Shown in pieces: positions 33,327-44,063 of a stretch of 64,000 nucleotides of DNA; the stretch's first letter is position 1; each line of letters begins with the position of its first letter. The DNA is from Aulosira sp. ZfuVER01 (GTDB lineage Bacteria > Cyanobacteriota > Cyanobacteriia > Cyanobacteriales > Nostocaceae). A model generated the notes under the pieces. The model was not told the origin of the DNA. It did no database searches and saw only the letters and a program-made list of their open reading frames with translations. The position numbers and the translations under genes are program-made. Location of the stretch: NCBI GenBank assembly GCA_034530615.2, contig JAVRCV020000036.1, forward strand, positions 64,001 through 128,000, written 5' to 3'.

Positions 33327-35789
33327 CTACCTCTGCATAAATAACTGGCGAGCACAAAACATCAACGCCCCACATTTATCCGGTAAGTCAATCTCTTTTT
33401 GAAATTTAAAACCGCACTTTTCAAAAACATGAATCATTTTTTTGTTACGAATATCTGGTTCGGCAATAATCTTTTGAGTTGCAGCATTTTGAAACTGAAA
33501 AAACGTCATTGCCCGTAACAAAGGCAAAGCATAACCCTTACCTAAAAATGCTGGCTCTCCAATTAACAAATGAATCCCTTGATCCGTAGATTCTGCTGGG
33601 TAATGTCGAGCGACAATATCATCAATTGTCCAGTAAGATTCCCAATAACTCATCGGTTGATTATCTAAACAGCCAATATAAAGAGTTTGATGCTTATCTG
33701 CCAAAGCTCTTTGTAAATGCTCCCGCATCCGTTCCAAATCAAACGCTAAATTCCAAAAAGGAATTACATGAGGCTGATTCATCCAATTATGAATTAGATG
33801 TAAATCATCCTCCAAAACCACCCGACGAAAAGCAATAGTTTTATTGATGGCAGAATCAAACCTTTCGTAACTGTAACTCAGCGTACTAACTGACATAAAC
33901 TTCTGTCTCAAATAACTCTCATCAACTCTCTGCGTTACTTTGCGTGAACCTCCGCGCCCCTTTGCGTTGATATACAAAGGATTATCAACAGCAACATAAA
34001 CAGACTGTGTAGAAACAGGCCCCACCAATTCATCCATATTATGAAAGCGGGTGAGTAGATTAGCCTTACAACGCAATTGTGGTTGAGAAAGCAGATTTTT
34101 GACTAAAGAATGTTCAGAGTATTTGCTTAAAGTGTTACGCAGTTCTATTAATAGTAATTCCTCATCTACAAGCCCAGCGACACCGAAAGCATTAATTAAC
34201 CCAAACAAGTTGTTAAAAAATAAGTAGTAAGTGAGCCGTTCATCAATCACATCATCATCACAAATTGTCTCACTTTTTTGGCTGATTCCTGGCAGGATAT
34301 TATCTAACAATTCATGGCAAGAACGACGATAATAATATCCTTGGTTATCCCGATAAAGAAATTTATCAGGATAGCCATCTTTTAACTGCACAACACTATT
34401 CTGTTGATGAGATTCCAGCCCTATACCGTAAGTAAAATATAACCAGAGAATTGGCTCTAAATAAATTTCTAGATAACGGTTGAACCAATCCAAACTCACT
34501 GCAGCAGTTGAACGATTTTCTTTTTGTGCTAGTTCCTGAATAATCTGTGATAATCGTGAGCCATTCCCCAAAATTGAATCCTGACACAAAGCTACTACAC
34601 AAGTCGCATCTGTCTGCGGATTATTTAAAAACGGATTTTCTCTAAGAATTGTGGAGAAGCCATCAACAGGTACACCATCAATTTTTAAGGTAATATAGGC
34701 GGGGTCAGTAATGATTTGAAAATTGGGGAAATGCTGATATAGTTGTTGCCCAATTTCACCTGCTAAAATTTGATGTACTTCTAAACTCCGTTCCAACTCT
34801 TTATATAAATTAGTGCGAACAGAATTAGTAATTTTGACATTCAGCGACAATTTTAGCATAAATGTCGCTTCTGAATGATATACAGTACGAATTGAAGATG
34901 TAGGTTGATAAGCACGACCTATCAAACCTAAATCTTGCAGCATTCCTTGCTGAATTAATTGCTGAATTTGTGGCTGCTGAAGTAAATACTTTGCTTGCCA
35001 GGGATGTATTGGTAACAGGGAATATTCATCTTCACTACAGTAAGTATTTTTGAAGTCATGGTCAACATGAGAGTCAGCAATGAGTTCTGATTTAATCAGC
35101 TTTGTTGCTGTTTGTGATAGCTGCGAATCTTCCACCACTATCGACTGATGAGTGCGGAAGTAATGCAGAGGAAAACTACCTTTTAACTCTGGCGAATAAG
35201 TTGACAATTCATAGTCAGCAAAACCTTGACGGCTTTTGGCTGTGGGGTGTAAATGATGCCCAAAAACTAAAGCTTGTTCAGCAGTAATAAAATTACTCTT
35301 AAAAGCGTAAAGTTCCTCTGTATCTATCCGTCGTTGTTGAATAAATTTTTCGATGTAATTGCAGCTTTGAATTACTCGCAAAATAAGTTCATCTTGATGG
35401 CTATTGCTACCACTGGCTAAAGCTAATTCCTTAGTGATGAGTGTTGCTAGAGTGAGGTAATCTAGTTCGAGTAAATTGCCTTTATCTACTTGATAATAAA
35501 TAGGAAAAGCGAATAAATGTCTACCTGTAGATGAGTAATATCGCAAACCAATTAATAGCCTAAGATTTTGATGCTTTAACTGACAGCAGATGAGCGATTT
35601 TGTGTTGGTGTTACTAAAAACTTCTACAATATCTAACTCTTTTATGGTGGTGGTGATGAGTTCACCCGTGTTTGTTTCTCGTAGATAGCAATTGAGAAAG
35701 CTGTGAATGGTGGCTTGTTCTGCAATTTGTTTGTCAGTGCGATGTTGCGCCAAAACTGAGGTTGGTTTGGCGATTGTATGTGGTGTCAT
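33327..35789 (-). CDS. IucA/RhbC synthetase read through in frame into an RhbD-type acetyltransferase
   Basis: GHHLHPTAKSR, TSSIRT, ESHQQN, RDNQG; then from Met at 33896 an AlcB/GNAT domain (WMNQPHV, DQGIHLLIGE, AEPD). Confidence 0.88.
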   Translation of the reverse strand: MTPHTIAKPTSVLAQHRTDKQIAEQATIHSFLNCYLRETNTGELITTTIKELDIVEVFSNTNTKSLICCQLKHQNLRLLIGLRYYSSTGRHLFAFPIYYQVDKGNLLELDYLTLATLITKELALASGSNSHQDELILRVIQSCNYIEKFIQQRRIDTEELYAFKSNFITAEQALVFGHHLHPTAKSRQGFADYELSTYSPELKGSFPLHYFRTHQSIVVEDSQLSQTATKLIKSELIADSHVDHDFKNTYCSEDEYSLLPIHPWQAKYLLQQPQIQQLIQQGMLQDLGLIGRAYQPTSSIRTVYHSEATFMLKLSLNVKITNSVRTNLYKELERSLEVHQILAGEIGQQLYQHFPNFQIITDPAYITLKIDGVPVDGFSTILRENPFLNNPQTDATCVVALCQDSILGNGSRLSQIIQELAQKENRSTAAVSLDWFNRYLEIYLEPILWLYFTYGIGLESHQQNSVVQLKDGYPDKFLYRDNQGYYYRRSCHELLDNILPGISQKSETICDDDVIDERLTYYLFFNNLFGLINAFGVAGLVDEELLLIELRNTLSKYSEHSLVKNLLSQPQLRCKANLLTRFHNMDELVGPVSTQSVYVAVDNPLYINAKGRGGSRKVTQRVDESYLRQKFMSVSTLSYSYERFDSAINKTIAFRRVVLEDDLHLIHNWMNQPHVIPFWNLAFDLERMREHLQRALADKHQTLYIGCLDNQPMSYWESYWTIDDIVARHYPAESTDQGIHLLIGEPAFLGKGYALPLLRAMTFFQFQNAATQKIIAEPDIRNKKMIHVFEKCGFKFQKEIDLPDKCGALMFCARQLFMQR

Positions 35790-35886
35790 GTCTAGTGTAT
35801 TGTTTGAGTGAAACTTATTTGATGTCGGGAGTGAGGGGAAGTTTTCGTTCTCCCTCTCTCCTATTTTTTGGCTCACGCAGAGACGC

Positions 35887-35977
35887 TATATCAATTCAAA
35901 ATTCAAAATTCAAAATTAAGAAAACCAGATACTACAAGGGTCTATATCTGTTGCTGAATTTTGGAGAATTGGTATTA
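35887..35977. mobile_element. MITE-like element
   Basis: TATATCAATTCAAAATTCAAAATT...AATTGGTATTA. Confidence 0.65.
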
Positions 35978-35982
35978 GAAGC

Positions 35983-37527
35983 CTAAAATCTTTCCTTACT
36001 CTCCTCTGCATGAAATAAATACTTCTCGCCTATCGTTGTAATAGCATTGAGAACTTCCTGAATATCCGCGATCGCAGTCTGAGGATTCAGCAAGGTAAAC
36101 TTCAGGTAGGTAAGTTGACCAATTTTTGTCTGTGCTATGACTGCAATCCCTTGCTGTAGTAAACTCATGCGAATGTGGCTATTGATTTGATTTGCCCAAG
36201 CTGTACTATCTATATGTGCTGGTGTTTGACTAGGAAGATAGCGAAAGACTACGGCGTTAATGGTGGGATAGTTTGCTAATTCTAATGCAGGTTCAGCCTT
36301 GATTAAACTGGCGGTTTCCTGAGCTAGTTCAATCGTAGTATCAATCATCTGTGCAAATTGTTTTTTCCCTAGAGTGCGGAGAGAGACAAACAATTTCAGC
36401 GCGTCGAATCGCTTAGTGGTTTGCACTGACTTAGTTACTAAATCGGGAATGCTAGCTGTTTCGTTGGTTTCAGGGTTGAGATAATCGGCGTGTAGCTTGA
36501 TTAAATCAAAGTGCTGACGCTGTTTAACTAAAAAAGCACCGCAGCTAATTGGCTGGTAAAACAGTTTATGGAAATCTACTGTGATAGAGTCAGCCAACGC
36601 AATCCCATCTAGTTTATCTCGATGGCGATCGCTGATTACCAATGCTCCACCAAAGGCCGCATCAACGTGCAGCCACAACCCATATTTCTCAGCACAGGCG
36701 GCTAATTCTGGTAGTGGGTCAATACTACCAAAATCTGTAGTACCTACAGTCGCCACTAAGGCAATTGGTAATAAATCCTGTCGCTGCAATTCTTCTAACT
36801 TCTGTTCTAACGCCGCCGAAGAAAGACGATAATCGCTATCAGTCTTCACTGTCACCACCGCTTGCTGTCCTAACCCTAATAAAGAAGCCGCTTGGCTAAT
36901 GGTGAAATGTGCAGCTTGAGAACAGAGGATACGAAAACGCTTGGCTTCTGGCGGTAATCCTTGCTGTTGCACAGACCAGTTTAACTGATAACGTGCATAA
37001 GCATCCCGCGCTAACAGCAATCCCATAAAATTCGATTGCGTACCGCCACTGGTAAAGATACCATCAGCATCAGCATCATAACCAAAACTTTCACACAGCC
37101 AATTTACCACCTGCTGTTCCAATACAGTCGCAGCCGGACTTTGATCCCAAGAATCCAGAGATTGATTAGTCCCACTAATCAACACCTCAGCCGCTAAAGC
37201 TGGTAATAACGGCGGACAATGCAAGTGAGCGATACAAGTAGGATGAGTCACCACCACCGAATGCTTGATGATACTCTCCCCCACCTCCGCCAAAACTTGA
37301 TTCAAAGCCACACCATCATCAGGACACACAGAAATCTCTGCAATAGTCCTAGTTAATTCCTGCGGACTCCTACCACTATAAGGCTTCTCTTGCGTAGCAA
37401 AACAATCAATCAATACGTCTTGAGCAGATGCGATCGCCTCTCGAAACAAACCCTTTTCATCAACAAAAAATTCAGCGAACTCTCTTGTTTGTACATCTGC
37501 TCCTTTGCGCGAAATCATAACCATCAA
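35983..37527 (-). CDS. rhbB: L-2,4-diaminobutyrate decarboxylase
   Basis: AHLHCP, FTSGGTQSN, HVDAAFGG, DFHK PLP site. Confidence 0.93.
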   Translation of the reverse strand: MMVMISRKGADVQTREFAEFFVDEKGLFREAIASAQDVLIDCFATQEKPYSGRSPQELTRTIAEISVCPDDGVALNQVLAEVGESIIKHSVVVTHPTCIAHLHCPPLLPALAAEVLISGTNQSLDSWDQSPAATVLEQQVVNWLCESFGYDADADGIFTSGGTQSNFMGLLLARDAYARYQLNWSVQQQGLPPEAKRFRILCSQAAHFTISQAASLLGLGQQAVVTVKTDSDYRLSSAALEQKLEELQRQDLLPIALVATVGTTDFGSIDPLPELAACAEKYGLWLHVDAAFGGALVISDRHRDKLDGIALADSITVDFHKLFYQPISCGAFLVKQRQHFDLIKLHADYLNPETNETASIPDLVTKSVQTTKRFDALKLFVSLRTLGKKQFAQMIDTTIELAQETASLIKAEPALELANYPTINAVVFRYLPSQTPAHIDSTAWANQINSHIRMSLLQQGIAVIAQTKIGQLTYLKFTLLNPQTAIADIQEVLNAITTIGEKYLFHAEESKERF

Positions 37528-39005
37528 GACACCTGCGAAAGAACTGGCAAAATCTGCTGCTCCGCCGTCTGTACCGCAGCTGCAAAAATCTCACTAATAC
37601 TATCAATCTGCGCCGCAGTCACAATCAAAGGTGGTAAAAAGCGCACCACGCTACCAAATCTACCCCCCAATTCCACAATCAAACCCCGCCGCAAACACTC
37701 AGCTTGAATACAACTAGCCAACTGCGGATGTACGGGATACTTCCCACGCCGATCCGCCGATGCTTGGGGATTAATTATCTCCACACCTACCATCAAACCG
37801 CGTCCTCGTACTTCCCCAATACAGTAAGTTTCGCTTTGAATTTGACGCATGTGTTTTACCAAGCGATCGCCCATCGCCGCCGCGTGTTCAGTCAAGGAAT
37901 TTTCCAGAATATACTGTAGTGTCGCCGTTCCCGCCGCCATCGCCATTTGATTACCCCGGAATGTCCCCGCGTGTGCGCCTGGATTCCATTTATCTAGTTC
38001 TTTGTTGTATAAAACCACCGATAAAGGTAAACTTCCACCAATCGCTTTGGATAGTAACAATACATCTGGCACAATTCCCGAATGCTCGAAAGCGTAGAGT
38101 TTGCCAGTCCGTCCTAACCCTGTTTGAATCTCATCAACAATTAAGGGAATATGGCGATCGCGAGTAATCCGCCGCATCTCCCGCAACCAATCATCAGGCG
38201 CAGGAATTACCCCACCTTCCCCTTGTACAACTTCCAAAATCATCGCCGCCGGTGTCACAATCCCACTTTCAGGATCGTCCAAAATCGATTCTATATAACG
38301 GCTACTAGTGCGGTGTCCAGCTTCTCCACCCAAACCAAAAGGACAACGATAGTGATAGGGATAGGGTAAAAAGTGGACATCTGGCATTAACCCTGTCACC
38401 GCTTGTTTTGGATTGAGATTCCCGGTTAAACTCAATGCACCATGCGTCATGCCATGATAACCACCATGAAATGACAACACGCTACGTTTACCAGTGGCAG
38501 TTTTCACCAGCTTAATCGCCGCTTCTACTGCATCTGCTCCCGAAGGTCCACAAAACTGAATCTTGGCATTTTCCGCAAATTCCGCAGGTAAACTAGCAAA
38601 AAGTTCTTCAACAAACCTATCTTTAACTGGAGTAGTCAAATCTAGAGTATGCAAAGGTAAACCTGTATCTAGCACCTTTCGCATCGCTGCGATCGCGACT
38701 GGGTGATTGTGTCCTAATGCTAAAGTGCCTGCACCAGCCAAACAATCAAAATACACATTCCCATCTGCATCTTTGATGTAAATCCCCTGAGCCTCGCTAA
38801 TTGCAATCCGAATCCGTCGGGGATAGCTTCTAGCATTTGATTCTCGTGCTTGCTGACGTTCTAGATATTGACTTGATGCCGGGCCAGGTACGGAAAGCAC
38901 GCGACTACCAGCAAAATCAGACTCTATACTACTCTGCGATGGAGATATCTGCGGCAATACTAAAGAATAGCCTTCAGAATGCTGGCCATTTTGATTGAGT
39001 TGCAT
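37524..39005 (-). CDS. rhbA: Diaminobutyrate-2-oxoglutarate aminotransferase
   Basis: ESNARSYPR, DEIQTG, SKAIGG, HAGTFRGN. Confidence 0.94.
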   Translation of the reverse strand: MQLNQNGQHSEGYSLVLPQISPSQSSIESDFAGSRVLSVPGPASSQYLERQQARESNARSYPRRIRIAISEAQGIYIKDADGNVYFDCLAGAGTLALGHNHPVAIAAMRKVLDTGLPLHTLDLTTPVKDRFVEELFASLPAEFAENAKIQFCGPSGADAVEAAIKLVKTATGKRSVLSFHGGYHGMTHGALSLTGNLNPKQAVTGLMPDVHFLPYPYHYRCPFGLGGEAGHRTSSRYIESILDDPESGIVTPAAMILEVVQGEGGVIPAPDDWLREMRRITRDRHIPLIVDEIQTGLGRTGKLYAFEHSGIVPDVLLLSKAIGGSLPLSVVLYNKELDKWNPGAHAGTFRGNQMAMAAGTATLQYILENSLTEHAAAMGDRLVKHMRQIQSETYCIGEVRGRGLMVGVEIINPQASADRRGKYPVHPQLASCIQAECLRRGLIVELGGRFGSVVRFLPPLIVTAAQIDSISEIFAAAVQTAEQQILPVLSQVS

Positions 39006-39049
39006 TTTGAAAATCCTCTAGGCTTTAGGCCTTAATGGCAGGTGGGAAC

Positions 39050-39605
39050 GATTTTCTTGATAATTATTTTCATTTACTTCCTACCTGTTAAAGATAATAT
39101 ATGAAATCTAATGAAAAAGTCTACTAATAAGCAGCTAAAAAATTCAGAAATTAACACGCTAAGGTGAAGCAGTAGGAATTGCAATAGGTTGAGCTAGTTT
39201 AATGGCAAGTTCTCATGGTCTTTTAGCCAAACGCCGTTGATTTCTTATGGATGTGGAATTCTCTTCTGTCTTCTGACTTCTGAACAAATTTGTATTTATT
39301 AAGTTTGCTTATAGAAATCTTGTTGTCCCATCACTTACATGAAACTTAAACTTGATTACTGCTTATAAGCCCAGAAATCCAATTTTGATGCTAAATATAA
39401 CCAATAAGAATTAGTGACACTAGTTCAAACTCCATTTAATTCTCTCTATCCCTTGTAGAGAAAGCTTTATCACCGTTTATCTCATACTCCTTTTAGCAGC
39501 AAAGTCAGATTTTATTGACACTATTATTCAATAAACTACTTGTGTAAATCCTGAAATAGAGATATTTTGGTAAAACTAAGAACTATTGCGAATATAAATC
39601 AATAA
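39050..39605. promoter_or_regulatory. Divergent promoter with several Fur-box-like sites
   Basis: TTGATAATTATTTTCATT (~39057), TTATTGACACTATTATTCAATAA (~39512), TATTGCGAATATAAATCAATA (~39584). Confidence 0.6.
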
Positions 39606-39657
39606 TTATCTGCGATGGATTATCTCACATAATCCAGTCGCAACTTTTAGGTGTGAA

Positions 39658-42291
39658 GTGAAAATGAAACCCGGAAAAATCCTTTTTCTTCTCTTGCTCA
39701 CAGGCTCTGTTTGGTCATTAATCAATCATCCTGGCAAAAGTCAGGAAGCAGCATTATCAAAATCTTTTTCTCAAGCTGACTTACTGACACAATCACCAGC
39801 ACCTAACTCTGGGAAATTGATTCAAGTCACTGGTGTGAAGGTTGTTCCCACAGATAAAGGTCTAGAGGTGATCTTAGAAAGCACCGCCGCCGAACAATTG
39901 CAGGTAGCAACCCAAAATCAAGGCAATAGTTTGATTGCTAATATCACTAACGCTCAACTCAATTTGGCTCAGGGAAATACATTCCGCCAAGACAACCCAG
40001 CTAAAGGTGTAACGACTGTCACCATCGTTAATCAAAATGACAATACTATCCAGGTGACAGTAACAGGCGAGCAAAGCCTGCCTAAAGTTAAGCTATTTGA
40101 TAGCGATACCGGTTTAATTTTGTCCTTCACATCTACAGAAGTAGCGGTTGATTCTCCAGCACAACCAGAAACATCACAGGAGGAGAAGCCGCAAACCCAA
40201 ACGCAATCAGAACAACCATCGGCGGAAGCTGAAGAACCTATTGAACTGGTGGTGACAGCCACTCGTACAGAAACACCGTTACAAAATGTCCCACGTTCAA
40301 TTACGGTGATTAACCGCGAACAAATTGGGAAACAAGCCAGCACTTCCCGAAACCTGATAGAAATTTTAGGTAAAACAACTCCTGGTTTAGCACCGCCAGC
40401 ACAAGGATCTAGTAATTTTGGACTAACACTACGAGGAAGAAATCCTCAAGTATTGATTGATGGCGTTCCCCAATCGACAACGCGGAATGCAGCGCGTGAT
40501 TTGAGAACCGTTGATTCGGCGGCGATTGAACGAATTGAAGTAGTGCGCGGCCCTAGCGCAATTTATGGTGATGGTGCAACAGGCGGTGTAATTAATATCA
40601 TCACACGACGACCAACTGAAGAAGGTTTGACTTCACGCACAGAACTGGGTGTGAGTGCAGCTTTAGGTAATCTTGAAGAGGAAAGCTTTAGTATCAACCT
40701 CCAACATTTTCTCTCGGCTAGACAGGGTAACGCTGATTTTACCTTTAGCTTTGGAGTGGCTAAAAATGGCGGCTTCTTTGATGCCCAAGGCGATCGCATT
40801 CCCTCCGATCCGAACGCTCAAGGAGGCTTTTCCGATGCTTCTAGTTTGAGCTTATTTGGTAAGTTTGGTGTTGATATCGGTACAAATCAACGTCTACAAC
40901 TAACTTTTAATCGCTTCGACGAGAAACAAGATACAGATATTGCGAGTGACCCTAGCGTCAATACTATCCCTGGTAGACAAAAGGCTCGTGCGTTGGAGGG
41001 ATTGATTTTGGATGAAAAACCAGGAAATGAAAACACATTCATCAACTTGCAATACACCCATGACAACTTATTCAACAGCAAAGTCCAAGCACAGGTATAT
41101 TACCGAGATTATCTGACACGCTTCTTTCCCTTTGATGGTCGTAACTTTGCCAGTTTAGGTAACGAACTGATTCAATCACGGGTGGAATCAGAAAAGTATG
41201 GTGGACGCTTACAGATAGAAACACCTTTATTTAACCAAGGTGCAGCCAAACTGCTGTGGGGCGTAGATTACTCCAAAGAGGATACATCCCAACCTGTTTC
41301 TGTATTTGATAAAACTGCATTTGCTGCTAGTGGAGGATTAGCATTTCGGAAAACAGGCGATCGCTCTTGGACTCCTCCTCTAGAATTAAGGAGTCTGGGA
41401 TTATTCGCTCAATTAAATTGGGAAATAGGCGATCGCTTCGTATTAAATGGTGGTGTCCGCTACGAAAATGCTGATGTTAGTGTTGATGATTTCAGCACCT
41501 TAGCCAATTCCAACGCGATCGTTCCCGGTGGTGATTTAAACTTTGATGCGACCCTTTTCAATGTGGGAGCAGTATACGCCATCAATCCTCAACTTAGTGT
41601 GTTTGCTAACTATGCTCAAGGTTTCTCACTATCAGATATTGGTTTAGCACTCCGTAACGCCCCACCAGGCTTTTCTGTAGAGAGTCTGAGACCAGAACCA
41701 CAAAAAGTAGATAACTATGAAATTGGTATTCGCGGACAGTGGGATACTGTACAAGCCTCTCTCTCTGCTTTTTATAATGAGTCTGACTTAGGTACAACCT
41801 TCACCGCACCGGGGACTGTAATTCGCGCCCCAGAACGCATCTATGGTTTAGAAGCAGCTATTGACGCACAACCTAGTTCTACATGGCAAGTTGGCGGGAC
41901 ATTTACTCTAATTGGTGGTGAAATTGACACTAATAATGATAGTGAATACGAACCTTTAGATGGGTTTAGGATTCCTCCATTAAAAATTACCGCCTATGTA
42001 GAGAATGAGACGTTTCCTGGTTGGCGAAATCGTCTACAAGCTATGTTTTCTGGTAATCGAGAAGTTTTTGCTAATAACACTACTGCCTTTGGTAGAAGGC
42101 CTGTAGAGAGTTACTTTACAGTAGATTACATTAGTAGTCTAAAAATCGGTGCAGGCACATTACAAATAGGATTGGAAAACTTATTTAATACTCAATATTT
42201 CCCTGTAGTTTCGCAATTACAGGCTAATGATAGTGCTTATGCTGCGGCGAGAGGTAGGACTCTTAGTATTAAGTATTCTATTGATTGGTAG
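39658..42291 (+). CDS. schT: TonB-dependent siderophore receptor with AMIN domain (SchT/IutA-like)
   Basis: AMIN-like N-terminus, TonB box ELVVTATR, plug RIEVVRGPSAIYG..ATGGVINIIT, terminal Trp; divergent from the NIS operon. Confidence 0.88.
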   Translation: MKMKPGKILFLLLLTGSVWSLINHPGKSQEAALSKSFSQADLLTQSPAPNSGKLIQVTGVKVVPTDKGLEVILESTAAEQLQVATQNQGNSLIANITNAQLNLAQGNTFRQDNPAKGVTTVTIVNQNDNTIQVTVTGEQSLPKVKLFDSDTGLILSFTSTEVAVDSPAQPETSQEEKPQTQTQSEQPSAEAEEPIELVVTATRTETPLQNVPRSITVINREQIGKQASTSRNLIEILGKTTPGLAPPAQGSSNFGLTLRGRNPQVLIDGVPQSTTRNAARDLRTVDSAAIERIEVVRGPSAIYGDGATGGVINIITRRPTEEGLTSRTELGVSAALGNLEEESFSINLQHFLSARQGNADFTFSFGVAKNGGFFDAQGDRIPSDPNAQGGFSDASSLSLFGKFGVDIGTNQRLQLTFNRFDEKQDTDIASDPSVNTIPGRQKARALEGLILDEKPGNENTFINLQYTHDNLFNSKVQAQVYYRDYLTRFFPFDGRNFASLGNELIQSRVESEKYGGRLQIETPLFNQGAAKLLWGVDYSKEDTSQPVSVFDKTAFAASGGLAFRKTGDRSWTPPLELRSLGLFAQLNWEIGDRFVLNGGVRYENADVSVDDFSTLANSNAIVPGGDLNFDATLFNVGAVYAINPQLSVFANYAQGFSLSDIGLALRNAPPGFSVESLRPEPQKVDNYEIGIRGQWDTVQASLSAFYNESDLGTTFTAPGTVIRAPERIYGLEAAIDAQPSSTWQVGGTFTLIGGEIDTNNDSEYEPLDGFRIPPLKITAYVENETFPGWRNRLQAMFSGNREVFANNTTAFGRRPVESYFTVDYISSLKIGAGTLQIGLENLFNTQYFPVVSQLQANDSAYAAARGRTLSIKYSIDW

Positions 42292-42508
42292 GATTGTGAT
42301 TTGGAACATAACAACCAAACCCCCAACCTGTTCCCTACGAGGAACTACGTTGTACACCGTAGGCTTCCTAAGTAGGAGAAGGGTTAGGGGATAAGAACAA
42401 TTCTGCTAAACTTCTTTGCTGACTATGTGCGCCCAGTAGAATCAGCTTCAGAATTGGGGTTGGACTATTTCAACCATCTGTTATGGAACTGAAATCTTTC
42501 TATCAGAT

Positions 42509-42976
42509 TTACATTACAGAAGGCTTGCCGCCATCTGACAATAAAGAGTCGCGGAGGAAAACAAATTGCTGTTCAAATCCAATTGGCTTAAGTGCAGATA
42601 CCAATGCCTTAGCCTCTGATGAGGGTTGATAATCAGACGGAGCCTGGATAATTTCAGAACGCTCCATTCCTTGAGCTAACTGATACCAAAAAGCTAGCTT
42701 GGTGTTGTTGGTTAGGGAGTTGTATTCACGAGCCTTGTCTGTGTTTGTCCCCTTCAGCAGATCGCGCATCAACTGAAGTTGCTCATCTTGGGAAATTCCT
42801 TTGGTTTTGTTAAACAACTCGTCAGAGTTGTCAGGAGCAGTGCCATTCGGCTGTTTCATTCCTGATTCGCTACAGATAAAACGGTAGACGTACCACAATA
42901 CAGCAAGTTGATCGTCTACAGATAGACGCTTAAAAGTTTCTGCATGTTTTGCAGCTTGGCTTGTGTAAGCAGTCAT
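42509..42976 (-). CDS. Helical carotenoid protein (OCP N-terminal-domain homologue)
   Basis: DDQLAVLWYVY, EQLQLMRDL, NTKLAFWYQLAQGM, FEQQ..FLR. Confidence 0.88.
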   Translation of the reverse strand: MTAYTSQAAKHAETFKRLSVDDQLAVLWYVYRFICSESGMKQPNGTAPDNSDELFNKTKGISQDEQLQLMRDLLKGTNTDKAREYNSLTNNTKLAFWYQLAQGMERSEIIQAPSDYQPSSEAKALVSALKPIGFEQQFVFLRDSLLSDGGKPSVM

Positions 42977-43207
42977 AAATTATTCCAAATTCATCAAGTA
43001 TTGCAGTTAGGCAATTTCAATTAATCACCTTAACGTTACTAAACTTAACGAATCGTATTTAGGTTATTAACCCTACTAAGGTTAGAGAATAGGAATGGCT
43101 TGAAGTGTGCTTTTAACCTGCCCCTAGCAAGATGTAATACTCATCTGAGCAGGTATGAATTTTGCCTCAAGTCGCTTGAACCCTAACAGTAATTCTGCTG
43201 AATCCAA

Positions 43208-43684
43208 ATGTTCGATCGGTCTCTAGGGCGAATGCTGCTCTCTCACAACTTTGATGTTTCTCCTGACACGATCCCAGCCCTCAGTCGGGAAGAATTTGCG
43301 GAAGTGTTTCAATCTGGCTTGAGTGCCTATGAACACCTGCAATGTAGGCTGGTGAATCATCCTCATTGGACTGTGGAAATTTTATTCCCTACCAATAAAT
43401 TTTCGCCGCAGCAAGTCGGAGAACTCTGTGCTCAAGCCCTAGCCCAGAAGCGACGTTCGCAGCAATTAAGTGCAGATTCTCACTCAGAAATTCTGGTTTT
43501 AGGTGGTATCAAAACTACTCCCCCTACTAGCGATTCCCCTGATGCTCTGCAACCAGGAAACTGGGGTGTGGATGTAGTAGAAACTCGCTCCGGTGAAGCA
43601 TTTTTGCAGGCGATCGCTTGGGATGCTACCATTGCGCAGAAACCCGCAGATAGTGTATTCAAAGTTGAACTAAAGGAAACTTGA
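43208..43684 (+). CDS. DUF2656-like protein
   Basis: MLLSHNF, HPHW, LGGIKTT, WGVDVVET. Confidence 0.75.
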   Translation: MFDRSLGRMLLSHNFDVSPDTIPALSREEFAEVFQSGLSAYEHLQCRLVNHPHWTVEILFPTNKFSPQQVGELCAQALAQKRRSQQLSADSHSEILVLGGIKTTPPTSDSPDALQPGNWGVDVVETRSGEAFLQAIAWDATIAQKPADSVFKVELKET

Positions 43685-43874
43685 GTAAATCATTACTAGC
43701 TCGTAGTTCGTAATTAAAATGAGTACGAGCAAGCACGCCACTCAAAGATTGGTGGTATTTCTAGGTGGATGTTTTGAACCGCCCACTAAGCTGTAACTAC
43801 ATAGACGTTAGCCTCACCCTCATAACTTAGGCATCCAACTAGGAATGATGGGTAAGGCAACATCCTAAACTTCC

Positions 43875-44063
43875 TTAACTGCGGAAACGTCTTTTACTCT
43901 GCTTCTGCAAGGCAAGTTTTTTGCGCTTGGATTTTTCAATAGGCGTTTCAAAGTGACGATGCTTCCTCATATCATGAAAAATCCCAGCCTTAGAAACCTC
44001 TCGCTTAAATCGGCGTAAGGCTGACTCAATGTGTTCATTGTCACCTACTACTATTTGGGTCAT
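43875..44063 (-). CDS. rpsU: 30S ribosomal protein S21
   Basis: [20 protein letters not shown]...HFETP. Confidence 0.97.
   Translation of the reverse strand: MTQIVVGDNEHIESALRRFKREVSKAGIFHDMRKHRHFETPIEKSKRKKLALQKQSKRRFRS

Noticed and set aside
25119..42291. Siderophore cluster as a novel pathway
   Set aside because: Gene set and order match the known schizokinen-type locus; only the fusion is unusual.
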